From: a virus | Taxonomy: Duplodnaviria > Caudoviricetes | Length of the DNA stretch: 64,000 bases | Reading direction: 5' to 3' (one strand) | IMG/VR virus record: IMGVR_UViG_3300042542_005523 | Shown: positions 1 through 10,546 of the stretch, one piece after another | Layout: each line of letters opens with the position of its first letter | Position numbering within the stretch: position 1 is the first letter of the stretch | Made by a program: the position numbers and the translations under genes | The notes under the pieces: model-generated | What the model was told of the DNA's origin: nothing | Seen by the model: the letters and a program-made list of their open reading frames with translations, nothing else | Databases searched by the model: none

Positions 1-2
1 AG

Positions 3-2939
3 ACATATCAAACGGATTATCTTCAGTACAAGTTCCCTGGTCTAGATCCAAGAAATCTTTTTCTAACAACGGAGCTTTCCGCTATAGCTTCAGGAGAAGC
101 TGGCAAGCAGCCTTATTGGAATAATCCACCAATACCCTCTGTGGAGGATATGGATTTAGTAGATAGCGTGCAAGAAGCTAAATGGGCACAGATAGTTTCA
201 AATCTATTAGTTGCAAATGTCACTGATTTCTTTATTTATACCAATTGTATAATTGATACAGAAGCTTATAAGAGATATGTTATAGGTGGGACTATAAAAG
301 GCAGATACGAGCCTTTCTCTAATGGGGTGGAGGTCTCTCCAGCATCCAGTGGTATTCTTTTGGGGAAAGATATAAACGGTGACGATGCTTATCTTTTTGC
401 CAGCAATCCTTCCTTAGCGGGGTCACTCAATATACGGGGAGGTCAGACTTATAATGCATCGGCTCCTCCTGCTTCTTCAACGGAATCGTATACCGGATTC
501 ATAGCTAGTTATGACGAGGATGGAAGAGTAATTGATTCGATGGTGATCCCGGGTAAAAGCACAAAGGTTCTAAGAATAATACCATCAGAGGACGGAAATT
601 CGATATACGTTGGTGGGTCATTCAATGGACTAATAGAGGTCGGAGACTATATCTGGTCTTCGGTAGCCCCTACCGTAGGTCCTACTGGTGCACCTATCGG
701 GTTAACCAATTCCGATGTTCCAGGACTTGATACCGATTATAGCTGGATTTATACACCAGGTGGAACAGGTGCATATTCTCCTAATGTGGGAATACAGTGG
801 ACTTACAGAAATCCATCCAGTACAAGTACATCAAATTCCAATTTTAGATTATACGGGGAGGATGGTGTAACACAGGTTTCTGGCGATCTATCAAGTTCAA
901 CTGCAATCAAGTACATTTCCCTTGGGTCTTCTCCGGCATCAGGATCTTTTTCACTGTCAAGCTCTAATTTGTACACAGGAATGGTAGTACAAATAGGAGG
1001 TGCTTATTATAGGATTGATACAATAACATTTAATCTACCGGATAGTAATTTTAGTTCTATTGTTCGTTGTATAGGTGTTACGTGGGTATCCGGGACACAA
1101 AGTTTAACATCAGGAAGTAATTATAATTTTGATTTCTGGTACTGGAATCAGCTATCATTCCCGTTGATTAGAAATGGCGCTACTAGTACAAGCTCAATAG
1201 AGGCAGGATCTGGTATTTTTATAATGGAATTAACTAACAATATTGGAAACACGACTTCTCTAAGGGACGTTAACTCCGAGACCGATTGGAAATACCAGGT
1301 TAAGAACTTTAGACACTTCCCTTCTGATGTTAATGCGGTAAACCCGAATACTGTTGAACAGCTGATGATGGATTCATCCCTGGATAAATTGGCTTTCTCT
1401 TTCCAGACTGATTATACTACACCCACTTACAAAATATCAACACTAAAGAATGCATGGAATAGAACTACTGATAATATTTACGTACCCGACCAATTAGGGA
1501 ACACCGGTACTTCATCAGATGTTAATGGCGTCATTATTATGAATTCATTAGATTTCAGCTTAAGAGCAGCGGCACAGATTAATAATGACGGAATGGATAG
1601 CGTAACTGCTGTTTCTGTAGCTTCGCTATCCGGAACGGAGACCTTAGCGGTCAATGGCTCTACTAATGTTAGCATCAATATAACCGGGGTTACACTTACC
1701 AATCCTACTGTTTATAGCGGCTATAAACCTTTCTATTTTATCATGGATTATTCAGACCCCGGTAACATAGGTATCACTGGAAGTTTCTTTAGCTCTTTTG
1801 GTACTAGTACTGCGAGGCCATTTGAAAGTAATGCTGGATACCTGAGTAAGTATAATGGTTATTATACGGTGACTAATCAGCACTATGGAGCTACATCTGG
1901 TACATATCTCGGTAAAGATATAGAACTTGGCCTACCCAGTCAGTATTTAGTAACCGGTTTTGTAAACCCATCAAATTCCACGGAGAAAGTAGTATTTGGT
2001 CCTTTGCCTAATATACAAATAATCACACAAACCACATCGGGATATCCAATATCAACAGATCTTGATATTTGGAATTCTAGACCTATTGCTACAGAAACTG
2101 GTAATCTGGTTGGTATTTTCGCAGGTGCAACATCCGATTCATACTCGACTAGTTTACAGAATATTTACGTCTTCAAGCAGGATTTAAATACTGGAATAGT
2201 GAGCACATTAAGTTTAGAAAATGTTAAAACAATAGGTGGTAATATATTCTCTTCTGATTCAATAGGGAACATATTCTTTACTGGTCAGAATGCTTCCACC
2301 TATGGCGGATCAACAGGACCTGCTTGGTTGGATTATGTTACGACTAATAGTAACGCTAATGTGTATTCTTTCCTTTCTGAGCAATACATTCCTCAACTTG
2401 GTGTCAATATGGGACAGATTATATCTAGACCAGGGTCGAACCCGTGGACGTGGTGTGACGTACACCAATCTGATAAGGGACTGACACTTCCGCAGCTTTG
2501 CACTGTTTTCTTCTCCAATTATAATTCTGCTATCTACGGAAAGCAAAATAACGTATGGATACTAAGCGATGCGAAAACCGGCACAGAGATATTGAATGTT
2601 AAGAACACTCCTTATTTTATTTACACATTCGCTCAGGAGGGCTATTACTCCATTTACAATTCAGTGGAGGATGCATTCGGAAATGTATATGAAGTATCTA
2701 ATCCTGCTTTTGTTACCGTAGTGAATTACACAGATAAAAACCCTAATGATAAAAATCCTTTCGCTGTTAATTCATCAGATTACGGATGGCCAATACCACC
2801 AAAAAACACTGATCAGAAGCTACAAGCTTTAGAGAAAACAATGGCTCAGGATCAAATTGAAAATGCTAAAAATAATAAATTACCTTTCGTTTCGAACCTA
2901 GTTATTAAGGATAATCCTGACGCCACTTTTAATCAGTAA
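3..2939 (+). CDS. Large virion structural protein (tail/baseplate-associated), 5'-truncated by the window edge
   Basis: The frame of the 141..2939 ORF is open back to position 3, so the true start lies upstream. S/T/G/N-rich beta-type sequence with a C-terminal PKD/Ig-like segment (VFFSNY...WILSD...YTFAQEGYYSI); structural-module context. Confidence 0.6.
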   Translation, partial: TYQTDYLQYKFPGLDPRNLFLTTELSAIASGEAGKQPYWNNPPIPSVEDMDLVDSVQEAKWAQIVSNLLVANVTDFFIYTNCIIDTEAYKRYVIGGTIKGRYEPFSNGVEVSPASSGILLGKDINGDDAYLFASNPSLAGSLNIRGGQTYNASAPPASSTESYTGFIASYDEDGRVIDSMVIPGKSTKVLRIIPSEDGNSIYVGGSFNGLIEVGDYIWSSVAPTVGPTGAPIGLTNSDVPGLDTDYSWIYTPGGTGAYSPNVGIQWTYRNPSSTSTSNSNFRLYGEDGVTQVSGDLSSSTAIKYISLGSSPASGSFSLSSSNLYTGMVVQIGGAYYRIDTITFNLPDSNFSSIVRCIGVTWVSGTQSLTSGSNYNFDFWYWNQLSFPLIRNGATSTSSIEAGSGIFIMELTNNIGNTTSLRDVNSETDWKYQVKNFRHFPSDVNAVNPNTVEQLMMDSSLDKLAFSFQTDYTTPTYKISTLKNAWNRTTDNIYVPDQLGNTGTSSDVNGVIIMNSLDFSLRAAAQINNDGMDSVTAVSVASLSGTETLAVNGSTNVSINITGVTLTNPTVYSGYKPFYFIMDYSDPGNIGITGSFFSSFGTSTARPFESNAGYLSKYNGYYTVTNQHYGATSGTYLGKDIELGLPSQYLVTGFVNPSNSTEKVVFGPLPNIQIITQTTSGYPISTDLDIWNSRPIATETGNLVGIFAGATSDSYSTSLQNIYVFKQDLNTGIVSTLSLENVKTIGGNIFSSDSIGNIFFTGQNASTYGGSTGPAWLDYVTTNSNANVYSFLSEQYIPQLGVNMGQIISRPGSNPWTWCDVHQSDKGLTLPQLCTVFFSNYNSAIYGKQNNVWILSDAKTGTEILNVKNTPYFIYTFAQEGYYSIYNSVEDAFGNVYEVSNPAFVTVVNYTDKNPNDKNPFAVNSSDYGWPIPPKNTDQKLQALEKTMAQDQIENAKNNKLPFVSNLVIKDNPDATFNQ

Positions 2940-2992
2940 AAATAAGTGGATAAATCGAATCCTTTTTGTTTATAAGTAATATAATATCTAAT

Positions 2993-3673
2993 ATGGAAAA
3001 ACTATCAAAAATCCCAAATTCGGAAAAAAGAAAACCTAAAAATCCGATAAGATTTAAAATTGAATTAAACGAGGAACAAAAAATAGCAAAATCACTGATT
3101 TACGATAATCCTGTTGTCTTGATAAAAGGTCAAGCAGGATCTGGTAAGACTTTAGTTGCTTGCCAGGTTGCTATGGACATGTTTTTCAAAAGGGAAATAG
3201 AAAAGATCATAATAACCAGACCGACTGTAGCAAAAGAGGATATAGGTTTTTTGCCCGGAGATCTTAAGGAAAAAATGGATCCGTGGTTGGCTCCCATCTA
3301 TTCAAATCTCCATCTTTTATACGATAGAGAGAAAGTTGATAAGATGCTAGCTGAGAATCAAATAGAGATAGTGCCTTTTGCCTTCATGAGAGGTAGAACA
3401 TTCCCTAATTCCTTCGTTGTCGTTGACGAGTGTCAAAACATCACACACAGTCAAACCGAGATGATGCTAGGCCGCTTAGGTAAAGGTGGTAAAATGGTTT
3501 TCTGCGGGGACATAACACAATCGGATCTTAAGAATAAGAAAGAAAGCGGAATAAGCTTTTTTGCTAGATTAGAGGAGAATGTTAAGGGTGTTAAAGTGAT
3601 CTCGCTTAAAACTAATCATAGACACGAAATAGTGGAACCGATCCTTAGAGTTTACGGTGACTTTAGAGATTAG
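2993..3673 (+). CDS. phoH: PhoH-family ATPase
   Basis: Walker A GQAGSGKT, ITRP, GFLPGD, RGRTF, DECQN and GDITQSD motifs; likely start is ATG 2993 (ORF call 2966). Confidence 0.95.
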   Translation: MEKLSKIPNSEKRKPKNPIRFKIELNEEQKIAKSLIYDNPVVLIKGQAGSGKTLVACQVAMDMFFKREIEKIIITRPTVAKEDIGFLPGDLKEKMDPWLAPIYSNLHLLYDREKVDKMLAENQIEIVPFAFMRGRTFPNSFVVVDECQNITHSQTEMMLGRLGKGGKMVFCGDITQSDLKNKKESGISFFARLEENVKGVKVISLKTNHRHEIVEPILRVYGDFRD

Positions 3674-3697
3674 TGTTTATTGATATAATTTCTCTTC

Positions 3698-3705
3698 GAT
3701 ATATA
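3698..3705 (+). promoter_or_regulatory. Putative late promoter box GATATATA
   Basis: Intergenic, about 30 nt before the structural gene at 3738; the motif recurs before many genes and resembles the T4 late promoter TATAAATA. Confidence 0.55.
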
Positions 3706-3737
3706 ACTCTGAAAAAAGGATAAAAAAATAATAAAAA

Positions 3738-4661
3738 ATGGCATCTGTAAGTATTACTGAAATTTTAGGTTCTGATTCGATATCGGGATCTAGAATTACC
3801 ATAAATTCCAACTTTCTAATTCTTCAGAATTGGGTAAATGGATTTGAAAATGTATTTGGAATAGACACCTCTACTGGTGTAATGGATCTAACTGGAGCTT
3901 CAACGGGTAGGGTTTCTGCTTTGACTATTAGAGCAAACACTTTCTCCACCCCTGCGTCAGGCACTGCACTAGCAGCAATAGCAAGTAACGGTGCTGCTTC
4001 TTTTGTTTCGACGTCAACACAGACACTAGCAGTATCTGGAGCATCCACATTTAGTGGGGCATTGGGTATAGCTGGTAATCTAACTCAAGCAGCTGGTGTA
4101 ACAGCTAGCTTTGCTGGTAACGTTGGTTATACTGGAAGATCGACTTACGGGGCTTATTCTAACGAGGTCCATGCAAACAACTGGAGCACTAATGGATCAT
4201 TAGCTGGTGGAGCACCTGGATTAACTTCTGCATTTCCTGTTAGTACAACTGGTGTAGGCGGCGGTGGTATATCTACTAATGTTAACAATCCTTACATCTT
4301 CACTGGAACTGAAGATGTTATCTATGCAAACTGCGGTCCAACCGGATTTTACATGCAGGTTGTTGGGGGAAGCGGAGGCACAGCATCTAACTTGCCTTCT
4401 GGATACAGAGTTACTATCGTTAACACTGCAAGAGCAACCACACCTTTTATTGCAACTGGAGTTACTGGTGTAACACAAACTTACTATACTGGGTTTAATA
4501 CTACCAGCACATATGGCTCGTATACTGGTATCACTTTCGCAGCTAATACTCCATACAGAAGTTCTGTTACACTACAATGGGAATCTAGAATTGCAGGTGA
4601 CCAAACAGAACAAAAAGGTTCATGGGTTATTCTAGGTGGACAGAACGTTACAGCTGGATAA
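3738..4661 (+). CDS. Virion structural protein (G/T/S/A-rich)
   Basis: N-terminal 'ITEILGSDSISGSRITINSNF' anchor typical of phage fibre/baseplate appendages; low-complexity beta-rich body. Confidence 0.55.
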   Translation: MASVSITEILGSDSISGSRITINSNFLILQNWVNGFENVFGIDTSTGVMDLTGASTGRVSALTIRANTFSTPASGTALAAIASNGAASFVSTSTQTLAVSGASTFSGALGIAGNLTQAAGVTASFAGNVGYTGRSTYGAYSNEVHANNWSTNGSLAGGAPGLTSAFPVSTTGVGGGGISTNVNNPYIFTGTEDVIYANCGPTGFYMQVVGGSGGTASNLPSGYRVTIVNTARATTPFIATGVTGVTQTYYTGFNTTSTYGSYTGITFAANTPYRSSVTLQWESRIAGDQTEQKGSWVILGGQNVTAG

Positions 4662-4682
4662 AAAAACAAAGGATAGAAGAAG

Positions 4683-6884
4683 ATGGCAAAAACCCCTTTT
4701 ATTAGGCCCCTGCAAGTTCAGGGTGGAACTTTTTATACATTTAGTTCAGCGGCAGAGGACCTTGCTTTTACATTTAATAATTCGGTCAATAAATTCAGGT
4801 TTTCCAAATTTGCACTATTGAATATTCCTGATATTAGCACCACTGCTTCTCAGGATAATACGGTTAAATTAAACGCTCCGGATAGCGCATTTATAGATTG
4901 GAGTACTGGTACATATAATCTCGTGCCTAGTGATGCTAATATTGCATTCTCTCAAAGCTTTCAATCGTACTGTTTAAATTTAGAAACGACTATAACCAGC
5001 AGCGATGAATACGACCCATCGTTAAAACAGAATGTCTCGGAGAGGGTTTTCTGGAAATGGATGAGAGAGATTGGAGCTTTGAGATTTAAAGCGGCGTCTT
5101 CTGAACAGGTGTCACCGTCTTTAGATCAAAATAGCGTTACGTTCGATTCTAATGGATTGCCAGTAACACAGAAGAGATACGTTGAGGGAGATGAGCCTAC
5201 TGGGCAAACCGGAGGTTATGGATTAACAGGTCCTTATAGTAAAGTGGTTCAGTATATTGGTGGTCTTGATATTGTTAACTCTGTTAGGAATCAAGATAAT
5301 GCTTATTCCGAGGTTTATGTATACGTGCCAACCTCTGACGGTAGCACTCCTACTGTTCTATTTAAGAACGTTGTTGATACCAATTACTACCCAGATTTTA
5401 CTTGGACCAACAATCCTTCGGATCCTTTAGATGCCGAATATCTAACTGGAAGATCTTATTTGGATGTAAATCCTTCTGGATTGAGTACTTTAGCTATCTT
5501 TGACGAGGAAGCTTCAGGCGTACCAACTGTTTCTTATAGTGATACTTTTGATGGATCAACTTACACAGGGAACTGGTATGCACCCCTAGATACACCAAAC
5601 AGTTATTTTTCTGACGATTCTTTCGTTAATCCATATAATAAGATTCTAAGCAAAACTTATGGATCGATAACAAATTGGGAATTCGTTAGATCAAACCTTG
5701 ATTCAATAGGATTGGATTTCGATCCAAATTCATACAAACAAATTATCGATAATCCTAGCATTTCTACCATTGAGGAATTTAATTCCACCTCGGATGCTAA
5801 CGATTTTGATTTTAATGCTGTTCTGATTTATTATGATGTATACGATCCTGCTAATGAAGCTGACGTTGCGACTAACTTGTATGGTGTTCTTTTTCTAGAC
5901 GACGTTAATTCGGAATCTGGCGATTCTTTCATTCCTAGATTTAGTAAATATAGACCAAATCCAGTTACTAAACTAAACGGTAACTCTTACGGATTTAAGA
6001 TCAATCTTAAATTCGATACCGATGTAGATCAGACAGGAGTAGAGCAGGCTATAAATGACTATTCGTCATTCTCGCTGTCTATGTTTATGGATGCTATGAA
6101 TGTATTGCAAGATGCCTCTGGTACTATAAATGACACGGCTTCACAGTTTATCTTCTTAGAGCAGAGAGTTACTGCTATGGAGGATTTGCTTCTATCTAGC
6201 ACAACCACAGCTACACTTGAAGCTAGAATAGCACAACTTGAATCTTCCTATGCTGCTAACCAATCGTTATTCACGAACACGAACGCAGTTATGCAGCTCA
6301 TAGATCAAAACTATGAGATTTTGAGGTCCATTATAAATGGGCAATCCTCTATAACAGTTTCATATGATCTTGATTTAGTAAAGCAAGGGATGGGTATTAA
6401 TGTCGACAGAACGATACCAAATGAGCTTTATATAAATAACGCTAACCAGGATTTCAATATAGGATCAAATTATGGTGTTGGTACTCTGACACAAACTGGT
6501 TCTAATGTGATACCGTTAGTTGAGTTTTCCAACTACTTCAAGCACGTAAACAACGGAATACCAATAACTTTAACGCAGGATCTAAACATCAGACTACAGG
6601 ATACTACCGTTAGATGGAAAACAGGGCAAAGATTCAGAATAACCTTTGGTGATAGAGTCTATCCCTCTGCATTCTTTGTTAATATCTTGACTAATGCAAC
6701 AGGTGAATATCCAGTTTCAAATCCAAGCGGGACTCCTTATTCAACCCTAATTATTTCATTAGATTCCGATTTCTTCTCTGGGTACGATTATATGCCAGTT
6801 CTAGAAATCGTGTGCATCGATCAAAATAACTTGATATTCCAGGTTGATGCTATAGGAAAAAGTTTAACAAATAATAATATCTAA
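4683..6884 (+). CDS. Virion structural protein (baseplate/tail)
   Basis: 733 aa, acidic, with an internal coiled coil (LEQRVTAMEDLL...LEARIAQLE); sits in the structural operon. Confidence 0.55.
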   Translation: MAKTPFIRPLQVQGGTFYTFSSAAEDLAFTFNNSVNKFRFSKFALLNIPDISTTASQDNTVKLNAPDSAFIDWSTGTYNLVPSDANIAFSQSFQSYCLNLETTITSSDEYDPSLKQNVSERVFWKWMREIGALRFKAASSEQVSPSLDQNSVTFDSNGLPVTQKRYVEGDEPTGQTGGYGLTGPYSKVVQYIGGLDIVNSVRNQDNAYSEVYVYVPTSDGSTPTVLFKNVVDTNYYPDFTWTNNPSDPLDAEYLTGRSYLDVNPSGLSTLAIFDEEASGVPTVSYSDTFDGSTYTGNWYAPLDTPNSYFSDDSFVNPYNKILSKTYGSITNWEFVRSNLDSIGLDFDPNSYKQIIDNPSISTIEEFNSTSDANDFDFNAVLIYYDVYDPANEADVATNLYGVLFLDDVNSESGDSFIPRFSKYRPNPVTKLNGNSYGFKINLKFDTDVDQTGVEQAINDYSSFSLSMFMDAMNVLQDASGTINDTASQFIFLEQRVTAMEDLLLSSTTTATLEARIAQLESSYAANQSLFTNTNAVMQLIDQNYEILRSIINGQSSITVSYDLDLVKQGMGINVDRTIPNELYINNANQDFNIGSNYGVGTLTQTGSNVIPLVEFSNYFKHVNNGIPITLTQDLNIRLQDTTVRWKTGQRFRITFGDRVYPSAFFVNILTNATGEYPVSNPSGTPYSTLIISLDSDFFSGYDYMPVLEIVCIDQNNLIFQVDAIGKSLTNNNI

Positions 6885-6889
6885 TCAAA

Positions 6890-9800
6890 ATGGCAGGCAC
6901 CCAAAATTCGATAAGTTCTTTAGTGGCTCAATTTCTGAGGCTTCAAAAGAATGCCTTAGAAATTATTAATGGCTTAAATGAGGTAGCGACGTCTACAAAT
7001 GAAACCGTTTCTATCGAGGTATTAGATGACAATGGGAATCCCACAACAGCGAGCATTCCTTCGTATGGATACATGAGAGCCCAAATCGAGAGGATTGATA
7101 ATAATATTAAATCTTTAGCTGGAATATCTAACGGATCAACTGTTAGAAATCCCGACGGAACATATTCGCAGGTCTTCAAAGCAGAGCCTTTAAAGAATCC
7201 TGCACCGATGAGCAATCTTCCCGTACCTGGAACATTCCAGACCAAGGACAATTGGTTCTTTGAAAGCTTTCTGAGTCCACTTTTATATGTGAGTATAGAT
7301 GTAACAGGAAAGATCTCTGAAAATGCTGATAGAATACTTGTTAAAAGAATTATTGCTAACACAACAACTCAGGCTCAAAAGGATTTCTTTGATAATTCTT
7401 TAAAGGGTAGAAATGACGTTTCTTATGATACCTTCGTATCCGAATTAACTGCTGCGGGAATTCAATACTTCACTGACGAAAGTCTAGAGCAATTACCTCT
7501 GAGAAAACTTAGATATACTGGATCTTTTAGTGTTACCTCTTTTTACGATAGCGTTGTTTCTACAACAAGCCAAAATGGACAACTAGTTCAAACAACTGTT
7601 CGTAATTATAAACTAACAAGTTTAAAGTACACAGATACAACAACAGGGGTAAAGAATAGCAGGACACTCAATAACGGGAATAGACTAGCAACCGCAGACG
7701 GAACGATCTATTTAATCACCTCTGTTAACCTAGACGAATCCTCAGTTCAATTACAGAGGGTATCCGGTTATCAGCAGGTTTTCTTAGGAGCTGATACACT
7801 TAGCTATTTCTCAAATGACCTTGGCGACAGATTCGTTGATGTTAACATCGGAAATGATGAAAGACAAGGAGTTTTCTTTAAGACAATCGATGATAATTTC
7901 AATATAGTTTCATCTGAGTGGTCCACAGGTATCACATTCTGGAGCAGTGAATTAACCACGCTGGATTCAGCTGGTAATCTTGTTTCACTGGAACAGTTTT
8001 ATTTGACACAGGTAGCGGATATCGGTAAGGTATTTCTCGATATGGCAAAGGAAAAAACAGTTCCTGCTATTCAAGGATTAACACCTAACGTGCCTACTGT
8101 TGCTGAGACAAACTTTAAAGTGGTTCAAATTAACAAGCAGGTTACTGACTCTGTTTCTGCTAAAACAGCTACAGATAAGGTTGCTGCTAAAAGTTCACTT
8201 AAGACCGAAATAGATGCATTGGATGCTTCGATTAATCAAACTAAAGTTCAGCTAAACCAAGCTAAATCACTGGGCACAACTAAAGCTTCCTCCGGAGCAG
8301 TTAGTACGATACAAGCGAAATTAGATTCCCTTATAAACGAGAAATCAAAGAAGAGTCAGCTTTACTCTTCTGTTGTAAAGGACATCCAAACAACTACGTC
8401 GGATCTTTCACAGATTGATACGCAGCCTAAATATAGGGTAAGAGGATTCTGGGCAATACCCGATCCTGTTTTCGATCCTTTAACCGGTTCTCAGCAGGTA
8501 ATAGCTTTCAAGGTAAGATACAGATATCTTTCCGATAGTGGTGCAACACAGCCAACTGAGCAAATTAAATTCGTTGATAATAACGGACAACAAAAGACCG
8601 GAGCTTTCTCCAACTGGGTAGAATATACAACTCCAATCAGAAAGAAAGTCTATGATGAGAATAGAGGAGTTTATGTTTGGGCTCCTGAGAATGTTGATAA
8701 TGCTGATGCTCAAAATATAAATCAAATTGATATTCCCATTCAAAAGGGTGAAAAAGTAGAAATACAAATCGCATCTGTGTCTGAAGCGGGATGGCCTAAT
8801 AATCCTCACGTATCGATATATTCCGATCCTGTTTCTATTTCCTTCCCTAGCGACTTAGCTGTAAATGGTATAACTGATCTATTGAAGAAAAATAGCGAGG
8901 ATTCAGCAGTGGTAACGGTTCAGGAGAATCTTAATGCACAGGGACTTCCGCAGCATCTTTCCGAGCAGTTTACTGAGAATGTAGTTACATATTTCCACCA
9001 GGCCTCGAGTATAGCATCTGGCTTTTTCAATTCAGCGGGTGGAACCATAAGCATATTTGATAAATTAGCGGAACTTCAACAACAGATTGCCACACTACAA
9101 TCTCTTGTCTCTGTTACTGTTGGTGTTCTTGAAGTTTATTTATTAGACGGTATTAGTTCACTTCAAGTTTCAGCTGGACAGGTAATTTCATTAAATGCGG
9201 GATACTATAATGATCTATTTGACCTAACTGTTCCTGCAAATGTAGGTAAGATATACACTAAGACCTATCTTATATCCCTTACTAACTCTCAGGCAACCCC
9301 TGTAGAACTTCAGTCTATAGTTCCTGGTGGATTTACCACTCAAGCTCCTATTTCGACTTATCCACAGATAGATGGCTACGGAACTAACCTTAGATATGGT
9401 GCGGTTCCTTTATCGGTAACAACATACGCATCTTCAGACGTAATTTCAAATACCGACATTTATCAGGCTGCTCCTTTTGCATGTGCTCAAACATATGGAC
9501 AGTACATGTATTCAAGGTACAAGAACATCGGATTGAATCAGGACCTATATCTAACAAGTTCACAGATACCGGCTTTCAATCCTTTATATGACTATTCAGG
9601 TACTACACCTAGCACTTCCTTCTTTGGTGTAACTGGTGGAATTATGCCTCTCAATGGATCTTGTTTGATACCATATGATCCGCAAAATACGCCAGTCACA
9701 GCTTCCGGCGGTACAGCTGCAGGTATCTGGTCTGGTTTATGGTCAGGAACAACACCACAGGGAGGAGGGTACGTTTCAGAATTCTGTATATCTACAACCC

Positions 9801-10453
9801 ATCCTGCTCTGAATACTGGTGCTACAGGTGATTATGTTACCTACGTTAAGCCTAATTTCGATAATACCGTAACTGGGTCTATTTTGTATCCTGCATTCAG
9901 ACATGCAATCGGATTCTACGCTGATACAACTCTACCTGAGTATTATTCACAAACTCAATATAGAACTCCAACAGCAGCGGCAGGAGCAACTGCTGCCTCT
10001 GTTGACATATACGATTCGCAGTGGCAGGATAGAGTTGGATTTGATGCAAACGATCAGTACCTCATTGGTAAATATTCCTGTGGTGCTTATCTTTTCTTAG
10101 GTATACCACAAACAACTTATTTAGCTGTAGATGGATTTACGTCTCAGTCATCTAAGAGGATCTATCAAGGACAGAATAACTCTGTCAATATTCCGATTAT
10201 ATTCCAATTTAGAGCACAGGATGTTGGCGGATATATCGGAGGATATAGAAAAGCTGGTACTTTGAGTAATGTAACTTATACTAAGAAGATTGGTATAGAC
10301 TTACAACAGAGAGCGATTAGTGTATTTTCTTTTGATATAGAAGTTACCGGTTCGTATAGAAACCAGACCCTTATAGCTCCTAACTTTGGCTCTCAAGTAA
10401 CTCCACCAGCAAATTCTACGGTTAATATTATAAATAACGTACTACGTGGTTAA
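6890..10453 (+). CDS. Large virion structural protein (baseplate wedge/tail, central coiled coil)
   Basis: 1187 aa; heptad region LKTEIDALDASINQTKVQL..., FN3-like segment (YRVRGFW...VRYRY); context. Confidence 0.55.
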   Translation: MAGTQNSISSLVAQFLRLQKNALEIINGLNEVATSTNETVSIEVLDDNGNPTTASIPSYGYMRAQIERIDNNIKSLAGISNGSTVRNPDGTYSQVFKAEPLKNPAPMSNLPVPGTFQTKDNWFFESFLSPLLYVSIDVTGKISENADRILVKRIIANTTTQAQKDFFDNSLKGRNDVSYDTFVSELTAAGIQYFTDESLEQLPLRKLRYTGSFSVTSFYDSVVSTTSQNGQLVQTTVRNYKLTSLKYTDTTTGVKNSRTLNNGNRLATADGTIYLITSVNLDESSVQLQRVSGYQQVFLGADTLSYFSNDLGDRFVDVNIGNDERQGVFFKTIDDNFNIVSSEWSTGITFWSSELTTLDSAGNLVSLEQFYLTQVADIGKVFLDMAKEKTVPAIQGLTPNVPTVAETNFKVVQINKQVTDSVSAKTATDKVAAKSSLKTEIDALDASINQTKVQLNQAKSLGTTKASSGAVSTIQAKLDSLINEKSKKSQLYSSVVKDIQTTTSDLSQIDTQPKYRVRGFWAIPDPVFDPLTGSQQVIAFKVRYRYLSDSGATQPTEQIKFVDNNGQQKTGAFSNWVEYTTPIRKKVYDENRGVYVWAPENVDNADAQNINQIDIPIQKGEKVEIQIASVSEAGWPNNPHVSIYSDPVSISFPSDLAVNGITDLLKKNSEDSAVVTVQENLNAQGLPQHLSEQFTENVVTYFHQASSIASGFFNSAGGTISIFDKLAELQQQIATLQSLVSVTVGVLEVYLLDGISSLQVSAGQVISLNAGYYNDLFDLTVPANVGKIYTKTYLISLTNSQATPVELQSIVPGGFTTQAPISTYPQIDGYGTNLRYGAVPLSVTTYASSDVISNTDIYQAAPFACAQTYGQYMYSRYKNIGLNQDLYLTSSQIPAFNPLYDYSGTTPSTSFFGVTGGIMPLNGSCLIPYDPQNTPVTASGGTAAGIWSGLWSGTTPQGGGYVSEFCISTTHPALNTGATGDYVTYVKPNFDNTVTGSILYPAFRHAIGFYADTTLPEYYSQTQYRTPTAAAGATAASVDIYDSQWQDRVGFDANDQYLIGKYSCGAYLFLGIPQTTYLAVDGFTSQSSKRIYQGQNNSVNIPIIFQFRAQDVGGYIGGYRKAGTLSNVTYTKKIGIDLQQRAISVFSFDIEVTGSYRNQTLIAPNFGSQVTPPANSTVNIINNVLRG

Positions 10454-10508
10454 AATGGTAATTCTATTTTGGATTGAACAAATGGAATTGACAGCCTTTT
10501 TAATCGAT

Positions 10509-10516
10509 GATAAATA
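10509..10516 (+). promoter_or_regulatory. Putative late promoter box GATAAATA
   Basis: Intergenic, about 30 nt before the 1833-aa structural gene. Confidence 0.55.
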
Positions 10517-10546
10517 CTAATAACAGATTCTAATAATTATTAGTAA

